DNA of 64,000 nt from the NCBI RefSeq assembly GCF_036365525.1, contig NW_027140807.1, forward strand, positions 1,922,001 through 1,986,000. The letters run 5' to 3'. Position 1 is the first letter of the stretch. Each line of letters starts with the position of its first letter. Both the position numbers and the translations under genes were made by a program. The notes below the pieces were generated by a model. That model saw nothing but the letters and a program-made list of their open reading frames with translations, was not told the DNA's origin and ran no database searches. Below are positions 61,720 to 64,000 of this stretch, one piece after another. The DNA is from Heterodontus francisci (taxonomy: Eukaryota).

Positions 61720-62765
61720 GTAACTGATTAACGTGGCGTCAGTGAGAATCATTCCGCACGGTCTGATATGGTATAGTCTGATTGAAATTTACAAGATTAA
61801 TATATGAAGATAACACTAATCATATTCCCTATTCAGCTGCATCCGTTTCTTAACAATGACCGATTGTGTGTGTGGAAATCAACAAGTGATAGCTGTCTGG
61901 GAAATCAGACTCTGAATGGCCTACCCCTGTCCCGAATGTAACTCTATTGGTTTAATGCGAGGAGTGAGATAGAGAGTGAGCTTGGTCAAAAAAAGGGTCA
62001 AGATGTTTGAAGTGACCAGTTGATGATGCTGGAACGCACCATTATTGGTTAAGAATTCACGAGGTGTTGAGTGAGGAAGTGAGGATTAACATTTACAAAT
62101 CACTGGTAAGGTCCCAGCTGGAGTATTGTGTTCAGTCCTGGGTACCACACTTTATGACAGTTGTCGAGGCCTTAGATTGGGAGCAGAAATGATTCACCAG
62201 AATTGTACCAGAGATGAGGGACCTCAGATAGTTGGAGAGACTGGAGAACAGAAAAGGTTAAATGGAGATTGAATAGAGGTGTTCAAATTAGTGAAGGTTT
62301 TGGATAGAATTAATAATCAGAAACAGTCTCCATTGGTAGATGGGTCGGTAACCAGAGGACACAGGTTTTGAGGCAATTGACATAAAGGACCAGTGGCGGG
62401 ATGAAGAGACATTCTCCCACAGAGGTAGTTACTGGATCGGGAAGGCATATCTGAACTGGTGGTGGAAGTTGGTTCAGTAGAAACTTTCAAAATGGAAATT
62501 GATAGATACTCGAAGGGAAATATACAGGACGATGGTAAAACCTTTCATAAAGCCAGCAGAGGTCCTATGGGCCGAATGGTCTCCCCTTCAGTGATGGATA
62601 TTTCTGATTCTATGACCTTGCTCGTGAGCCACAAATGTAAATTAGGAGATATATAAACTAAGGAGATGTGATCTACAAACGCTTTCGAGGACAGGGTCCA
62701 AGTGTGATATAGACAAGACCTGCACCTCGCCTTGTGAGGTTTTGTTACAAGGGTCTCTCACTGTG

Positions 62766-62815
62766 TTCTGGCAATCAATATTACTTCGGAAGCGGTACCA
62801 AGTTAGTTGTGACAG
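62766..62815 (+). CDS. TRBJ: J2.8 SGNQYYFGSGTKLVVT
   Basis: GGTTTTGTT-12-CACTGTG; GTGAG donor. Confidence 0.94.
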
Positions 62816-63117
62816 GTGAGTCCAGGAATGTTAGGCCAATTCTGAGAATGCATGTTGTCTGAAATGGTCGGAAAGATGTTTAAGGCTCCGGGTTCATTGG
62901 TGAAAGACATTTTTCCAATGCATTTAAGATACAAACAGAGACAGAGAGAGAGAGAAGGAGAAAGACTGATTCTTGAACTGGATATGTGTTTAAAGAAGGG
63001 AAAATTTCTCCCATTTAGCTTACTATGGACAAACAAACAAGAGCTGTATTATTCACTCAAATATTCGGCAACTTTTCAGGGACCAGTCTAGTTTAGTAAC
63101 AGGGCTGAAACACTGTG

Positions 63118-63170
63118 TTCTGGAAGCTACGACTATTTCTTTGGTGACGGGACAAAACTGACTGTGTTGG
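63118..63170 (+). CDS. TRBJ: J2.9 SGSYDYFFGDGTKLTVL
   Basis: Perfect CACTGTG heptamer, weak nonamer; GTGAG donor. Confidence 0.92.
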
Positions 63171-64000
63171 GTGAGTTGGACGTTCTTTGAAAAACAATGA
63201 TTGCAGCTCACGCTGTTTCTGAGTTTCAGTTTGCAACTGAAATGTTGCATTGACAAGTAACAAAAAAATTTCAGGCAGCATTTCCAATGTGCATAAAAGC
63301 CAGAATACATGGAAAATACTAAGATGCACAGGGAAAGACATTTTTTTAATTCGTTCGTGGCATGTGGACCAGAATTTATTGCCCATCCCTAATTGCCCTC
63401 TGAGTGGTTTGCGAGTTCATTTTTTTTCATCAGATATGGGCGTCGCTGGCAAGGCCAAGATTTGTTGGCCAACCCTAATTGCTCTTGGACTGGGTGGTTT
63501 GATGTTTCAGAAGGCAGTTGCGAGTCAACTGAAGTCTGAAGTCACTTCTCTGACAACAGGCGGGATTTTCTGACAATTGACGATAGTTTCATGCAGTTAA
63601 ACCAGACTTTCATTTATCAGTTGAAGTTTAATTCCTCTAGCTACCCTCGGGATTTGAACCAGAACATTACTAGCACAGTAACATTATCACTTTGCAACCA
63701 TCGCCCCTGCACTCAATGGGGTGTAGGTCTTTCCGCAGTCCTGTCAGGGAGGCAGTAGCAGATTTATTAACCGTTTTCTCAGAGGGCAGATTATTTGTTT
63801 CCAAAAAATGCTGTCATCGTTCTTCCCCCAGAATGAGTGAAATAAAACATCATAATTACATTTAATTATATAGAATTTACAGTGTGTAAGCAAACCAGTG
63901 GTGAAACTGCACACGAGCCTCCTCTCACCCTTACTTCATCCAATCTTCTATTCCTTTCTCTCCCATGTCTTTTTCCAACTCACTCCTTGAAAGCATCTCC

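Noticed and set aside
18148-63170. Assignment to TCR delta/NAR-TCR or an IgH cluster
   Set aside because: The GGGACAGGGGG D core, 12-RSS Js with FGxG and TRB-like V ends fit TCR beta. Every V has its own leader, so there is no leaderless supporting V as in NAR-TCR, and there are no WGxG Js.

Overview
Eukaryotic (vertebrate, most likely shark/cartilaginous fish, judged from its CR1/L2 LINEs, Deu-type SINEs and V/J sequence style) genomic DNA containing the V-D-J part of a T-cell receptor beta (TRB) locus. In order: a 23-bp minisatellite; the last exons of an unidentified + strand gene; repeat-rich DNA; six V genes with leader exons and 23-bp-spacer RSSs (the most distal one inverted, one a single-stop pseudogene, three ending in CAWSL); two orphan leader relics; a near-intact full-length CR1 LINE; a decayed DBH/MOXD-like monooxygenase pseudogene with CTCF motifs; then D1 plus 10 J and D2 plus 9 J. 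No constant exon lies between the two D-J clusters or anywhere else in the window. The D-J cassette was tandemly duplicated with a breakpoint at about 56420/56421 that excludes C, giving V-D1-J1-D2-J2-(C presumably downstream). All coordinates were read by eye from the sequence. No database searches were run. V/J names are local labels, not official nomenclature.
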